A stretch of 64,000 nucleotides of DNA from Candidatus Obscuribacterales bacterium (GTDB lineage Bacteria; Cyanobacteriota; Vampirovibrionia; Obscuribacterales; Obscuribacteraceae), in the NCBI GenBank assembly GCA_965228855.1, contig CBDDIJ010000002.1:640001-704000 (forward strand), written 5' to 3'. The position numbers were made by a program, and so were the translations under genes. Positions within the stretch are counted from its first letter, which is position 1; each line of letters begins with the position of its first letter. The notes under the pieces are model-generated. The model was given only the letters and a program-made list of their open reading frames with translations. It was not told the DNA's origin and did not search any database. Of this stretch, positions 9,874 through 20,854 are shown in pieces.

Positions 9874-11814
9874 ATGAACAAAATTCTGACAGCGCTCAGC
9901 GCTGGACTGTTTTTGCTTTGCGGCGTCTATCACGGCGCTTCCGCGCAGTCTCTGCCGGTTAAGAAGTTCGACATCGCTCCCATCACGAGCCAGTCGACTG
10001 CTCCTTCCGGCGTGATTTCACTTCCGACAGGGACCGAGGCTGAGCAAGCCATCTCTGTGCAACTGATCGCTGATACGACCGCAATCGAAGCCGGCAAGCC
10101 GTTTCGCATCGGCGCCGATTTCGCGCTGGCTCCCGGCTGGCACATCTACTACCAGAATCCCGGCGACACCGGCATGCCGACCAGCGTCGACATCAAGGTG
10201 CCCGCGGGCTACCAGGTGGTGAACATCGAGTGGGAGAAGCCGACGAAGTTCGAAGAGAACGGGTTCAAGACCTATGGCTACACGGACAAAACCGTCATCG
10301 CCATCACGGTTCTCCCGCCTGCCGACCTGAAACCGGGCGACACCGTCCAGTTCACCGCGGAGATTTCCTGGCTCGCCTGCAAGGACAGCTGCATCCCGGG
10401 CAACACCACGGGCAGTATCACGCTGCCGGTGGCTGCGAGCTCGACTGCGGCTCATCAAGACCGCTTCACAGCAGTCGGATTCACTGGCGACGTCGACTCG
10501 CTCGGCAGCGGCACCTCGGTGCTCGATCAAGATCTGAAACCGAACGGCGAGGGCAACGAACAGCACGGCTTTCTGACCGCACTGCTGTTCGCCTTCATCG
10601 GCGGTATCATTCTGAACGCGATGCCCTGCGTCTTGCCGGTGATCTCGCTCAAGATCATGCGCTTCGTTCAAGAAGCAGGCGAGAGTCGCGCGAAAATCGT
10701 TCGCCTCGGGCTCGCCTATGCAGCGGGAACGGTTTCGACCTGCGTGTCACTGGCTATTGCGGTCATCGCCGCCAAGGCTCTCGGCTACAGCGTCGGCTGG
10801 GGCTTCCAGTTCCAGGAACCGATGTTCCTCGTCGGCATGGCGACGCTCCTGACAGTCATGTCGCTCGGTTTGTTCGGCGTATTCTTCGTGCAGGTAAACA
10901 GCGGCAACCAGCTCGATAAGCTGGCCAATCGCAAGGGTCTTGCCGGCGCGTTCTTCACCGGAGTCGTGGCAACTATCCTCTCGACGCCTTGCACGGCGCC
11001 GTTCCTCGGAAGTGCAATCGGCTTCGCGTTTGCCGCTCCCTGGTACTCGATCATCGCGATCTTCTTCGCGGTCGGCGCCGGACTGGCTTTCCCGTACGTG
11101 CTTCTCTGCCTCAATCCCGCCTGGATGAAGATTCTTCCGAAGCCGGGCGTCTGGATGGAGCACTTCAAGGAAGCGATGGGCTTCGTGCTGCTCGGCAGCG
11201 TGATCTGGCTGCTGTACGTTCTCGGTCGCCAGACTGGTCCGGACGGCGTCGCCGGCACCGTTGGCTTCCTCCTGGCTGCGTCATTCGGCACCTGGCTCTA
11301 CAACAAGCTCTGCGGCTTCGACGCTTCCAGGCTCAAGAAGGTGACACTGGCTGTGGTGGCGCTCGCGATCGCCGGCAGCACAATGTATTTCCTGACCTGG
11401 CCGTCGGTAAAGGGAACAAACTGGTCGGCACTGGCCTCGGGACCCACAGTGGCGAACGGCGTGACCTGGGAAAAGTTTTCCAAGGAAGCCGTCGACAAAC
11501 ACCTCAAGGACGGCAAGGTCGTATTCCTCGACTTCACAGCCGAGTGGTGCCAGACCTGCAAGTTCAACGAGGCAACGGTGCTCGCCAGCGACACCGTAAC
11601 CGATGCGTTCAAGAACAAGGGCGTCGCGACCCTGAAAGCGGACTGGACGACCAGCGATCCCGAGATCACGCAACTGCTCGCCAAGTTCGGCCGGGCAGGC
11701 GTGCCACTGTATGTGGTGATGAGTCCGCACCGCCCAACCGCGCCAACGGTTTTGCCCACGCTCCTCACAAAGGAGATGGTGCTCGAAGCGCTCGAGAATG
11801 CTTCACGCCCGTAG
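9874..11814 (+). CDS. dsbD: Thiol:disulfide interchange protein, DsbD family
   Basis: Signal peptide; GWHIYY..PGDTG; ACKDSCIP; TM cysteines in MPCVLP and STPCTAP; thioredoxin WCQTC. Confidence 0.92.
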   Translation: MNKILTALSAGLFLLCGVYHGASAQSLPVKKFDIAPITSQSTAPSGVISLPTGTEAEQAISVQLIADTTAIEAGKPFRIGADFALAPGWHIYYQNPGDTGMPTSVDIKVPAGYQVVNIEWEKPTKFEENGFKTYGYTDKTVIAITVLPPADLKPGDTVQFTAEISWLACKDSCIPGNTTGSITLPVAASSTAAHQDRFTAVGFTGDVDSLGSGTSVLDQDLKPNGEGNEQHGFLTALLFAFIGGIILNAMPCVLPVISLKIMRFVQEAGESRAKIVRLGLAYAAGTVSTCVSLAIAVIAAKALGYSVGWGFQFQEPMFLVGMATLLTVMSLGLFGVFFVQVNSGNQLDKLANRKGLAGAFFTGVVATILSTPCTAPFLGSAIGFAFAAPWYSIIAIFFAVGAGLAFPYVLLCLNPAWMKILPKPGVWMEHFKEAMGFVLLGSVIWLLYVLGRQTGPDGVAGTVGFLLAASFGTWLYNKLCGFDASRLKKVTLAVVALAIAGSTMYFLTWPSVKGTNWSALASGPTVANGVTWEKFSKEAVDKHLKDGKVVFLDFTAEWCQTCKFNEATVLASDTVTDAFKNKGVATLKADWTTSDPEITQLLAKFGRAGVPLYVVMSPHRPTAPTVLPTLLTKEMVLEALENASRP

Positions 11815-11978
11815 TTACGGCGTGAACGCAACACACGAACTTAGTGCGAAATCGTGAAGGCAAAAGCCTCACGAGAACAACCGACAGAGCAGCGAACGTA
11901 AGCGTAGCAAACCTGGCAAGGTAACTTCGCCAGCTGCGCTTATCTCGCGCTCGTGTCATAACGATATGGTCAACAGCT

Positions 11979-12476
11979 ATGAAAAGCCTGAAAGTCCTCG
12001 CAACTCTGTGCGCATCGGCAGCCGTCGTGGTTGCCGTGATCGCGCTGTCGCCCGCAGTTTCCACCGCCCAGACCATCCAGGGTCAGGTGCAGGCAGTCGA
12101 AAAGGTCGAGATCAAAGAGCTCGACACCAACACCTTCGACACGGAACTGCAGAACTCCACAATCCCCGTGCTCGTCGACTTCACGGCGGCGTGGTGCGGT
12201 CCCTGCCAGCAGCTCAAGCCGAAGCTCGAAGCTCTGGCGCAGGAGTTCAAGGGCAAGGTGCTCTTCACGAAGGTGGAGCACACCCGCAACCCGAGCCTGG
12301 TCATGAAGAACGGCATTCGCGCCTTCCCGACGGTGAAGATCTACGCTCCCGGCGGCAAGGAGATGTCGATTTCGGTCGGCAACGTCTCCCTGAACGATCT
12401 GCGCAAGTGGATCCAGGAGCAGGTCGACGCGAACGACAAGGCGCAGTCGGCTCAGCCGCTGATTCAGAAGCCGTAA
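11979..12476 (+). CDS. Exported thioredoxin
   Basis: Signal peptide; VLVDFTAAWCGPC; cis-Pro loop AFPT. Confidence 0.92.
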   Translation: MKSLKVLATLCASAAVVVAVIALSPAVSTAQTIQGQVQAVEKVEIKELDTNTFDTELQNSTIPVLVDFTAAWCGPCQQLKPKLEALAQEFKGKVLFTKVEHTRNPSLVMKNGIRAFPTVKIYAPGGKEMSISVGNVSLNDLRKWIQEQVDANDKAQSAQPLIQKP

Positions 12477-12583
12477 GCGGCTTCCCTCGCGCTTAGACTC
12501 AAATCCTCGTTGGCTCGGTCGAGCAGTCTCGCCTACGGTGCGACGCTGACTCGACCAATCGCCAGGGATGGCTATGCCAGAGG

Positions 12584-12617
12584 TGTCGAAGGGTGTTCAC
12601 GGATGAACACCCTTCGA
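12584..12617. other. Perfect hairpin downstream of the thioredoxin gene
   Basis: tcgaagggtgttca-cgga-tgaacacccttcga. Confidence 0.6.
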
Positions 12618-12630
12618 TTCAACAGCCTGT

Positions 12631-12853
12631 CTACTATATGATTCCATAACCTTCGTTTGACTCCGATGCTGACTGGACGGGGATTCGCGGATGAACCACC
12701 AGTGTTAAACCTGTGCAGCGGGAAGCCGTGTCTATGATGTGATGACGGAATTCGCAAAAACTGTCGCTCCTAGACTGACAGGGCGAGAGCTAGACCCGGT
12801 CTGTCAATGAGTCAGCGACGGAATTCGCTGAAACCGTCGCTCCTGGATTGACA
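12631..12853. repeat. Dispersed element locus D (left arm plus two cores)
   Basis: CTACTATA at 12631; GACGG-N12-C(T/C)GTC at 12744 and 12817. Confidence 0.8.
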
Positions 12854-13523
12854 GAGGACCTGATTCGCAAACTGACATCGGAATCTGATTCGCAAACCGC
12901 GCTAGATGTGGACAGGCACCACCCTTGACAAATCACCACTCAACCGAACCCCCAGCACGAGGTTTCCAAGCAGCGCACACCACCAATAACCAATTCGAAA
13001 CTTTCGAGAACTAATAACTGTTTTCGTTTGTTGACAAGATGTCGCTCCGTTAGCGCAAACGCTACGCGCCCAGTGGTCAAGAGCTCCCGGGCATACAGTC
13101 TTTCTACAAAAGAGAAATGGAGTTTTAGCCGGATAGAGATGAGATCTCTCAACACTTTTTGCTAGATAGAAAGCCTTCACCTCCCATTCGTGATCAGGCA
13201 CACTCGTCAGCTTCGTTCTTTCATCTACGCACGGAAATTCAGTTCCAACTCGGTCTGCATTGACTGGAGTGGCGGCAACCATTTGCAGCAATTCGCACGG
13301 CGAGCGGCTCGAACGGTTTTGACGCAAAGTGAACTTGACTCTGTACGCGCTGGGGACGTCGAAGCACAGTCAACGAGTATGGGCTCTGCAAGGCACTCTT
13401 GCGAGTTTGAAGAAAGCACTACGCATACCTTGCACCGGAGGGTCGATTTTCAGATCTCTGGTCAGGACTTCCACCCTCTCCCCTTCATGCAAGAACCACA
13501 CTGTCCATATAGGGACATAGACC

Positions 13524-16220
13524 ATGAAAAAATTCCTCGAATTTTTCGTGAGCCTGTGGCAGAGCATGCTCTTCCGCAAGACTCTCATTAACTTCGGCTT
13601 CTTTTTCGCGGCGCTCGCTGCATTCTCTTTCCTCACCAGCAACCACATCATCACGCGTACTCCCGAGCGCGTCGTTCCCGCTGAATACGGCGTTCTCGCC
13701 GTTCAGAACAAGACGATGCCGGCCGTCGACCTCGAACAGTCGTTGAGGTCCGGCGCTCAGGACATCGAAGGGCTCGTGTTCTTCGACGGCATCAAGAGCG
13801 TTGTGGTGCTCGGAAAGGGTTTCGAAAAGGACCGAATTGTTCTTCAGGCGGACACCGATGAAATGCACAAACTGGCTCAGGCCAAGGGTGTGCAGATCGT
13901 CGAGAAACCATCCGCGCTCGAAGATGGCACCCTGCTTCCAGGCTGGTACCCCGTTGCAATCGTCGGCTTCATCGTCTGGTTCGCCTGGCTGATGTTCGCT
14001 CGACGCGAGAACAAGGAGGAGCCGAGCCGTTTCCGAGTGATCGTCGAGACCACTCCGCGCGTGATCGATGATATCGTCCACGCCACCAAGATGAAGAAGA
14101 CGAAGTTCTTCACCATCCTGTTCACCAGCCTCGTGCTGCTGAACGCCGGGCTCTTCTTCACGCGCATGTATCACGACAACAATCAGCTGGCATTGCCGCC
14201 GGAGATCTCGTCGGTGACGCGCGTGCAGCCCTGGCAGGCGACTCGACACCTCGACAGCCACGCCGGTGAGTTTCAGCGCGTCACCATTGTGACTGAACTG
14301 AACACCGCGTACGTCATAATCAACACTGCGACTCCGCCTGCCGGTATGAAGTCGGACGACCTCGCCGAAGGCAAGACCTTCCCGGTCGAGCGCACCGTCA
14401 TCTTCGCGCAGAACGCGCAGGGCAAGGCGGATTTCGACGCATTCGTCGCCAAGCTCACCGAGAAGAAGGTTGAAACCAAAACGGTTTCCGCAGTTCTGAA
14501 CACGAGCTACATCGACACCATCACGCCGATGGGCCGCAACATCATGCTCGGGCTCACGCTGCTTACGCTGGTCGTCGGCGTCGTGATGCTGCATGGCTGG
14601 CAGGAGTGGCAGCAGGCTGAAGGCGGTCCGAAGCCCTCGACGTCCAACCGCATGGCTGGTGCCGGCGGTCGTGCCTACGCTGTCAACGGCGAAGTCGAAG
14701 TGCGCGACGAAGATCGCAAAACGTTTGAAGACGTCGCAGGCTGCCAGGAAGCAATCGACGAGCTGCGCGTCGTCGAGAAGAAGATCCGCCGTCCGCGGCT
14801 CTACAAGGTCTTCGGCGCTCCGGTCCCGTCCGGTGTGCTGCTGTACGGTCCTCCGGGTACCGGTAAGACCCTGCTCGCCCGTGCGCTCGCAGGCGAGATC
14901 GGCGGACACTTCGAAGCCATGTCCGGCTCGCAGTTCGTCGAAATGTACGTCGGCGTCGGCGCCAAGCGCGTTCGCGAAGCTTATGCTCGCGCCCGCACTG
15001 CCGCGCGCCGCACTGGTCGCATCTCGATCGTCTTCATCGACGAAATCGATGCGATCGCCAAGAAGCGCGGCCAGGGCGAAAGCGGTGGCGACAAGGAATA
15101 CGAGCAGACGCTCAACGAGCTGCTCGTCCAGATGAACGGTTTCGGCAACCACGGTCTCGTTTTGACCATGGCTGCGACCAACCGCCTGGACATCCTCGAC
15201 GACGCCATCCTGCGTCCGGGCCGTTTCGACATCAAGGTCAAGGTGCCGAAGCCCGACAAGAAGGGTCGCGCTCAGATCTATGGCGTCTACCTGAAGAAGC
15301 TCAAGGTCGTCACCCCTGACGGCACGCCGGAAGAGAAGGCAGCGGCTCACGCCAAGCTGCTCGACGACCTGGCTCGCCGCTCGCACGACTTCTCCGGTGC
15401 CGAGATCGAAGGTGCCATCAAGAATGGTGCCACCATCGCCGTCGAACGTCAGTTCGGTAACGTTACCGAAGACATCACCGACGAGCAGATGGAAGAATAT
15501 CAGCAGATGGCCATCATCACGATGGACGACCTGAACCTCGGCGTCGACAAGATGGCATACGGCACTCAGATTCGCTCGCGCGTGCGCACCGACAAGGAGC
15601 GCTGGGCGACCGCGGTTCACGAGATCGGCCACGCCACCATCCCGACCGTTCTCGGCGGCGACCCGGTCAACCGTATCACGATCGTGATGACGGACAAGGC
15701 TCTGGGTCTGATGGACAGCTCGCCTGAAGAAGGTGAGCGTTACGACTGGACCGACAAGCAGTTCGAAGTCCGCCTGCAGATGATGCTCGCGGGTCGCGCT
15801 GCCGAAAAGATCCTGCTCGGCAAGATCTCCACCGGCGCCAGCAACGACTTCGAACGGACGAGCCAGCTCGCCCGTCAGATGGTCGGCGCCTACGGCATGT
15901 CGAAGGAATTCGGCGTGAAGTCGCTCCCGCTTGACCAGCATGGCTTCCCGATCTCCAAGGTTGGTGAGATTCTGCTCGACAAGTTCAACGTCGCCTGGGG
16001 CAAGATCGTCGACGACGCGGAAGCGGCGTGCGACAAGGTGATCGAAGCCCATCGCGTTCAGATCGAAGCCGCCGCCAAGGCCCTCTACGACGAGGAAACC
16101 CTGACCGGCGACGAGTTCCGTCGGATCTGGAAGGCTTCCGCTCCCAAGGCTGAAGCCGGAAGCGGCGACAACCAGGAGGGCGGCGACGGGCACACTGCGA
16201 CGAACGATAAGGGGAACTGA
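13524..16220 (+). CDS. ftsH: FtsH-family AAA+ zinc metalloprotease with extended 4-TM N-terminus
   Basis: [48 protein letters not shown]. Confidence 0.93.
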   Translation: MKKFLEFFVSLWQSMLFRKTLINFGFFFAALAAFSFLTSNHIITRTPERVVPAEYGVLAVQNKTMPAVDLEQSLRSGAQDIEGLVFFDGIKSVVVLGKGFEKDRIVLQADTDEMHKLAQAKGVQIVEKPSALEDGTLLPGWYPVAIVGFIVWFAWLMFARRENKEEPSRFRVIVETTPRVIDDIVHATKMKKTKFFTILFTSLVLLNAGLFFTRMYHDNNQLALPPEISSVTRVQPWQATRHLDSHAGEFQRVTIVTELNTAYVIINTATPPAGMKSDDLAEGKTFPVERTVIFAQNAQGKADFDAFVAKLTEKKVETKTVSAVLNTSYIDTITPMGRNIMLGLTLLTLVVGVVMLHGWQEWQQAEGGPKPSTSNRMAGAGGRAYAVNGEVEVRDEDRKTFEDVAGCQEAIDELRVVEKKIRRPRLYKVFGAPVPSGVLLYGPPGTGKTLLARALAGEIGGHFEAMSGSQFVEMYVGVGAKRVREAYARARTAARRTGRISIVFIDEIDAIAKKRGQGESGGDKEYEQTLNELLVQMNGFGNHGLVLTMAATNRLDILDDAILRPGRFDIKVKVPKPDKKGRAQIYGVYLKKLKVVTPDGTPEEKAAAHAKLLDDLARRSHDFSGAEIEGAIKNGATIAVERQFGNVTEDITDEQMEEYQQMAIITMDDLNLGVDKMAYGTQIRSRVRTDKERWATAVHEIGHATIPTVLGGDPVNRITIVMTDKALGLMDSSPEEGERYDWTDKQFEVRLQMMLAGRAAEKILLGKISTGASNDFERTSQLARQMVGAYGMSKEFGVKSLPLDQHGFPISKVGEILLDKFNVAWGKIVDDAEAACDKVIEAHRVQIEAAAKALYDEETLTGDEFRRIWKASAPKAEAGSGDNQEGGDGHTATNDKGN

Positions 16221-16222
16221 CT

Positions 16223-16606
16223 ATGCCGACCTTCCGAAAAATTCTGCAGCTCCAGCTGCCCAAGCCTGGTGAACCGCTCTGTAGCGGTCTGGAGTTCACG
16301 ACCGAGCGCGGTCAGCACCTCTACTTGAGTCACTACCACACGGTGGTGACGGTCAAGAACGTGCGGCCGCGCGGCTGGTTCGGCAGTGCCACGCTTGCGC
16401 TCGATTGCACCGTAACCATCAACGGACGTCAGTACGAAACGCAGCAGTTCGACATCGGACCGGACGACCTGGGCAAGACCCTGTTCTGCGCCGGCTTCCC
16501 GTGCCTGACGATTACCGGTCTGGATCCGGACCGCGGCGAAATCACAATCACGCAGTCGGAGATCGTGGAATCCTGCGATCCCGAGAGCTGCCCCTGGACC
16601 GACTAA
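16223..16606 (+). CDS. Hypothetical protein, co-transcribed with the FtsH gene
   Basis: Starts 2 bp after the FtsH stop; GC3-rich; followed by a terminator. Confidence 0.7.
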   Translation: MPTFRKILQLQLPKPGEPLCSGLEFTTERGQHLYLSHYHTVVTVKNVRPRGWFGSATLALDCTVTINGRQYETQQFDIGPDDLGKTLFCAGFPCLTITGLDPDRGEITITQSEIVESCDPESCPWTD

Positions 16607-16612
16607 CTTCAA

Positions 16613-16653
16613 CGCGCTGGCATCACCTAACCGTGGTGCCAGCGCTTTTTTTT
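16613..16653 (+). terminator. Rho-independent terminator
   Basis: gcgctggcatcac...gtggtgccagcgc followed by a T run. Confidence 0.85.
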
Positions 16654-16664
16654 GAGCAGAACCT

Positions 16665-16899
16665 CTACTATCGAACGTACGAGCCCATCCGTTCAAACGA
16701 GTCCAGGCATGGCGCTTCCAAAGCACACCGTCAAACTGCAACGAGTTTTGTCTACGGTACGATGACGGATCTTGTGGATTCCGTCATCATACCGTAGACA
16801 AATTCGGTTTTCTCAAACCAACGAGAACGTTCGTTTAGCTCGAAACCATTGCCCTGTCTCGAACTGAGCCACGAAGAAGCGTATTATCTCTTATAGTAG
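16665..16899. repeat. Dispersed element locus E (complete, 235 bp)
   Basis: CTACTATC at 16665; core at 16749-16800; TATAGTAG at 16892-16899. Confidence 0.85.
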
Positions 16900-16908
16900 T
16901 AAATTTTG

Positions 16909-16959
16909 AAAAAAAAGACGCGTAGCTGTGCGGCGATGATGCACACACAGCTACGCGTC
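16909..16959 (-). terminator. Rho-independent terminator
   Basis: A run followed by gacgcgtagctgtg...cacagctacgcgtc. Confidence 0.8.
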
Positions 16960-16966
16960 GAAGTTC

Positions 16967-17551
16967 TTACTTCAGCCAGGCTTCGTACTTGCCGTTGAGG
17001 CGTTGCAGGTACGAGCGCAGGTCGTTGCGATTGATCGCATAGACAGGAACACCGGACGACCCGCCGTGCATCGGCGAGCCGCCGGTGACAACGACGATGT
17101 CGTAGCAGTGACCGATGTCGCTCATGTGCCGAACGATGTGCGTGACCAGCTCATGCTCGTCGGCGGGAAGCGCATCCGGCTCGTCGAGCATCTTGTAGAG
17201 CGAGACGGACGTGATGCCGTCCTTGCCGGCCAGACGGTCGTAGTTGCGAGTCAGATACAGCACCACCTGCGGTGCCATTTCGATCTGACGACGCACGCTC
17301 GGCGCCACGATCTTCTGACCGTACCACCACGAGAACAGGCCGGTCGGCAGCGAGAAGAGCAGCGAGCCGAAGACCATCAGGCTCGACGGGGTCAGAACGA
17401 CGCCCAGTACGAAGCTGATGACGAGCGCCACGATGGAGGCGTTCTTGACGCCTTTCGGGCCAGTGTGCCGAGCGAACTCAGCGCACACAAAACCAATGAT
17501 CACAGCCTGGATAGCCGCGATCACCAAGAGAATGTTGGTATCGAGGATCAT
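16967..17551 (-). CDS. Hypothetical membrane protein (3 TM plus soluble domain)
   Basis: Hydrophobic N-terminal half; GC3-rich; terminator downstream. Confidence 0.7.
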   Translation of the reverse strand: MILDTNILLVIAAIQAVIIGFVCAEFARHTGPKGVKNASIVALVISFVLGVVLTPSSLMVFGSLLFSLPTGLFSWWYGQKIVAPSVRRQIEMAPQVVLYLTRNYDRLAGKDGITSVSLYKMLDEPDALPADEHELVTHIVRHMSDIGHCYDIVVVTGGSPMHGGSSGVPVYAINRNDLRSYLQRLNGKYEAWLK

Positions 17552-17709
17552 CTTTCTAATACCTCTTGAGGGTTTCGGGTTAGACTGACCCCGAAGAAGG
17601 CTACTGCAACTGTGCCGCGCAGCCTGTCTCCGGGTTCCAATCACTTTTCTTGACTGACGCTATTGACCCGAGTGTCGCGGTTGAAGTTTTCAAACCACGA
17701 CTCGCGTCT

Positions 17710-19092
17710 TCACGACCGGCGATTGCGCGCGATCGTTTTCGCGTACCACAGACCGCTGTCCTTGACGGTACGGTTGAGCGTGCTGCGGTCCACGTGAATG
17801 AGTCCGAAGGTCTTGGCGAAGCCCAGCGGCCATTCGAGGTTGTCCATCAAGCTCCAGGCGAAGTAACCGCGCACGTCCGCACCACCCTTGATGGCACGCG
17901 CGACAGCGCCGATGTGTTCGTCCAGATACTTGATGCGGTGACGGTCGGCAACGCGACCGCCGGAAAGCGTGTCGTCGAGCGCGGCGCCGTTCTCCGTGAT
18001 GTACACGGGCGGCATCTCGTACTCGCGCTCGAGGTCGATGAGCATCTTCGTGAACGAATCCGGAACCATCTCCCAACCCATCTGGGTACGGGGCACGTTC
18101 GGGGTCTCCACGATATCGCCCTTCTCGTTGACGAGGAAGCGCGTGTAGTAATTGATGCCGAGGAAGTCGAGCTTCTGAGCGATCAAGCTCATGTCGAGCG
18201 GACGGACGGGGTTGCCGCTGTCCGAGCGCGAGAGCGCGTCGTGCACGAGGTCCGGATAGTTGCCCTTCAGCATGGCATCGAGATACCACGAATAGCTGAG
18301 CGTCCAGCGGTCGCGTGCAGCCGCGCACTGCTTCTCGTTCTGCGGATCGACAGGATCGATCGGCACGAGGTTGAGCACGATACCGCATTCGATGTCACTG
18401 CGCGCCGCACGCATCGCCTGCGTCCCGAGCGCGTGCCCGAGCAGGAGATGGTGACCGACACGGTGACCGGAGCGAGGGAGGTTCATCCCGGGCGCCATGC
18501 CATCGCTGATGTAGCCGGCGATGATCACTTCCGGCTCGTTGAGCGTCGCCCACTTCTTGACGCGGTCGCCAAGCCGCCTGACCATAAGCGCCGAGTAATC
18601 GGCGAAGGCAAGTGCGGTTTCACGATGGAACCACCCGTGATACCGCTTCTGCAGCATCAAAGGCAAGTCCCAGTGATAGAGGGTGACATACGGGTCGATA
18701 CCGGCTTCGAGAAGCTCGTCGACGAGCCGGTCGTAGAAGTCGAGACCGGTTTCGTTGACCTTGCCCTCGCCATTCGGCATGACACGCGGCCAGCTGATCG
18801 AGAAGCGATAGGCATCCAAGCCCATCGCCTTCATCAAGCCGACGTCCTCGCGATAGCGGTTGTAGTGGTCGCAGGTCACGTCGCCGAGATCATACGACCT
18901 TCTCGGATTGCGGAGAAACGGCTCCCAGATCGACTCTCCGCGACCGCCTTCGAATGCCGCGCCCTCGACCTGATAGGCAGAGGTGGAGGCACCGAAGACA
19001 AAACCTTGTGGCAGCTTGTAGTCCCTGGCGCGCGGAAGATGCAGCGCCGGCTGCCGACTGTTTCGGTTTTTCATCATACTGTCCTTGAACAC
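17710..19092 (-). CDS. GH1 beta-glucosidase
   Basis: FGASTSAYQVEG, YRFSISWPR, TLNEP acid/base, YITENG nucleophile. Confidence 0.96.
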   Translation of the reverse strand: MFKDSMMKNRNSRQPALHLPRARDYKLPQGFVFGASTSAYQVEGAAFEGGRGESIWEPFLRNPRRSYDLGDVTCDHYNRYREDVGLMKAMGLDAYRFSISWPRVMPNGEGKVNETGLDFYDRLVDELLEAGIDPYVTLYHWDLPLMLQKRYHGWFHRETALAFADYSALMVRRLGDRVKKWATLNEPEVIIAGYISDGMAPGMNLPRSGHRVGHHLLLGHALGTQAMRAARSDIECGIVLNLVPIDPVDPQNEKQCAAARDRWTLSYSWYLDAMLKGNYPDLVHDALSRSDSGNPVRPLDMSLIAQKLDFLGINYYTRFLVNEKGDIVETPNVPRTQMGWEMVPDSFTKMLIDLEREYEMPPVYITENGAALDDTLSGGRVADRHRIKYLDEHIGAVARAIKGGADVRGYFAWSLMDNLEWPLGFAKTFGLIHVDRSTLNRTVKDSGLWYAKTIARNRRS

Positions 19093-19318
19093 AGACGTTT
19101 GTAAAACTGCAAGCGGAGCCGATCAGAATCGACCGGCTGCGCGTTTCTCTGACAGCTATCGGCGCACAGGAGACCAATTCCTGCGCGCCGACAGAAGCGC
19201 TGAGCGGCTCGAGCGCTATATCGTGACGGACTGAGCTGCGTGGAACTGAGGGTTCGCGAGCAGGCAAGGCGACAAGCTTAAGACCAGCGCAGGTCTCAAG
19301 CAGTACCTCTGCTCACGA

Positions 19319-20854
19319 CTACTTTTTGTCCAGCCAGCCACCCTTGAAACCAGCCTTCTTCAGACCGGCGCGAAGGTAATCGCATTTGCGCATCACGGAC
19401 CAGATGAGGTCGGAGCGATAGTTCTCAATCAATATGACCGGCGGTCCCTGGTCGATACCGAGGCGATGCTGGCAGACCCAACCGCTCGCGGCAGGCTGGC
19501 GAAAATCGCCACCGGCAGCGGGACGCGTGAAGGTCGGGTTGAAGGAGTCGGTGAAACCACCGGCATCCTTGAACAGCTCCGGTCGCTTAGCGAGCCAGTA
19601 GCGCATCGTGGGGATGACGATCTCGGGGACATAAGCGATCGACGAGAGCGCCGCGGTCGGCGCAATGGTGCCGTCGTCAAAGCCAGTCGGACAGCCGCGT
19701 TCCGAGTAGCCCCGGAACTCGCGCATGATGCCGTCGACTTCCTTCTTCGCGTCGCCCGGTCCATCGCACGCGGTCAGCCCCCAGTCGAACCCGCCATAGC
19801 CGGCCCACTTGTGCGGATTTTCCTGCGCGTATTTGTAGTGAACCTGAGCCATGCGGCGCGCATTCTCAAAGAGGTCGAAACCGAACTTGCCGGTGACACC
19901 ATCTTTGATACCACGGAAGTCAATCCAGCAGTGCGGGTATTGATAGCAGAACAGCGGCTCGCCAGGCATCTTGATGTACTCGACATCGTACGCCTTCACG
20001 GTCGCCGCGTTCGCCAGATACGCTTCCCAGGCGCCGTCGGGCGCGGGGTGCGTCGGCGAACCGAGAGCGAGCAGGTAGAGAATGGGAGCCTCGCTCATGC
20101 CGCGATAGACGTGCTCGATCTTGCCCGTTTCCGGCCACCAGCCATGCTGGACGAGCTTGTCTTCGCGGAAAAGCCAATCCCACTCGACGCGCCTGTAGAG
20201 CTTGTCGGCAAGATCGCGGATCTCCTGCTCATCGGCGCTGGAACCGCTGAAGTAACTGCGACTGAACAACACGCCCGCCATCAACAATGCGGTGTCGATG
20301 CTGCTCAGCTCGGAATTCCAGTAACGCTTCTTCGTGGCGCGCAGCCCCGTATCGGGCTCGAGGAAGTGGTAGAAGTAACCGTGGAAACCACTGGTCCCCT
20401 CAACTGCGTCGCCTTGTGGAGCCGACCACAACGTACGAAGAACCTTCAGCGTATAGGCGCTCGCATCCTTGCGTGTCACCCAGCCCCGCTTCACCGCGCT
20501 CGCGTAAGCAGTCAGCGAGAAGCCGACCGCGGCAATGCTGGCGGGAGCGGACGGATCATCGCGATCGAGAACCAGTCCCGTCTTCGGGTCCTGGTTGATC
20601 ACGAAGTATTGGAATTGCGCCTTGCCCACCCGGTTGAGCAACCGAGCATGGGAGCGCAAGTTAATCGGAGGGGAAAGGATTCCGTCACCGGAAGTTCCCT
20701 TCTTCTGTGTTTTCTCCTTCATGGGGGTGGTGTCCTGTTCTGGCTTGCTTGGAGCAGCAAGGCAATAGCTAAGTTGAGCACCCGACAGATTCGCGCCCGC
20801 CACAATAGCGAGCGCGAGATTCAGGTACCGATTGACTCGAAATAAACTATTCAT
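19319..20854 (-). CDS. Secreted GH144-like (glucoamylase-family) endo-beta-1,2-glucanase
   Basis: SIAAVGF, GYFYHF, ELSSIDTALLMAG, LFCYQYPHCWIDFRG, DDGTIAPTA, GIDQGP, IENYRS. Confidence 0.85.
   Translation of the reverse strand: MNSLFRVNRYLNLALAIVAGANLSGAQLSYCLAAPSKPEQDTTPMKEKTQKKGTSGDGILSPPINLRSHARLLNRVGKAQFQYFVINQDPKTGLVLDRDDPSAPASIAAVGFSLTAYASAVKRGWVTRKDASAYTLKVLRTLWSAPQGDAVEGTSGFHGYFYHFLEPDTGLRATKKRYWNSELSSIDTALLMAGVLFSRSYFSGSSADEQEIRDLADKLYRRVEWDWLFREDKLVQHGWWPETGKIEHVYRGMSEAPILYLLALGSPTHPAPDGAWEAYLANAATVKAYDVEYIKMPGEPLFCYQYPHCWIDFRGIKDGVTGKFGFDLFENARRMAQVHYKYAQENPHKWAGYGGFDWGLTACDGPGDAKKEVDGIMREFRGYSERGCPTGFDDGTIAPTAALSSIAYVPEIVIPTMRYWLAKRPELFKDAGGFTDSFNPTFTRPAAGGDFRQPAASGWVCQHRLGIDQGPPVILIENYRSDLIWSVMRKCDYLRAGLKKAGFKGGWLDKK

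Noticed and set aside
13485..16193. 902-aa antisense ORF, and similar ones at 17650-19104, 19466-20845 and 32175-33296
   Set aside because: Shadow frames of GC3-rich genes with clear family motifs on the opposite strand.
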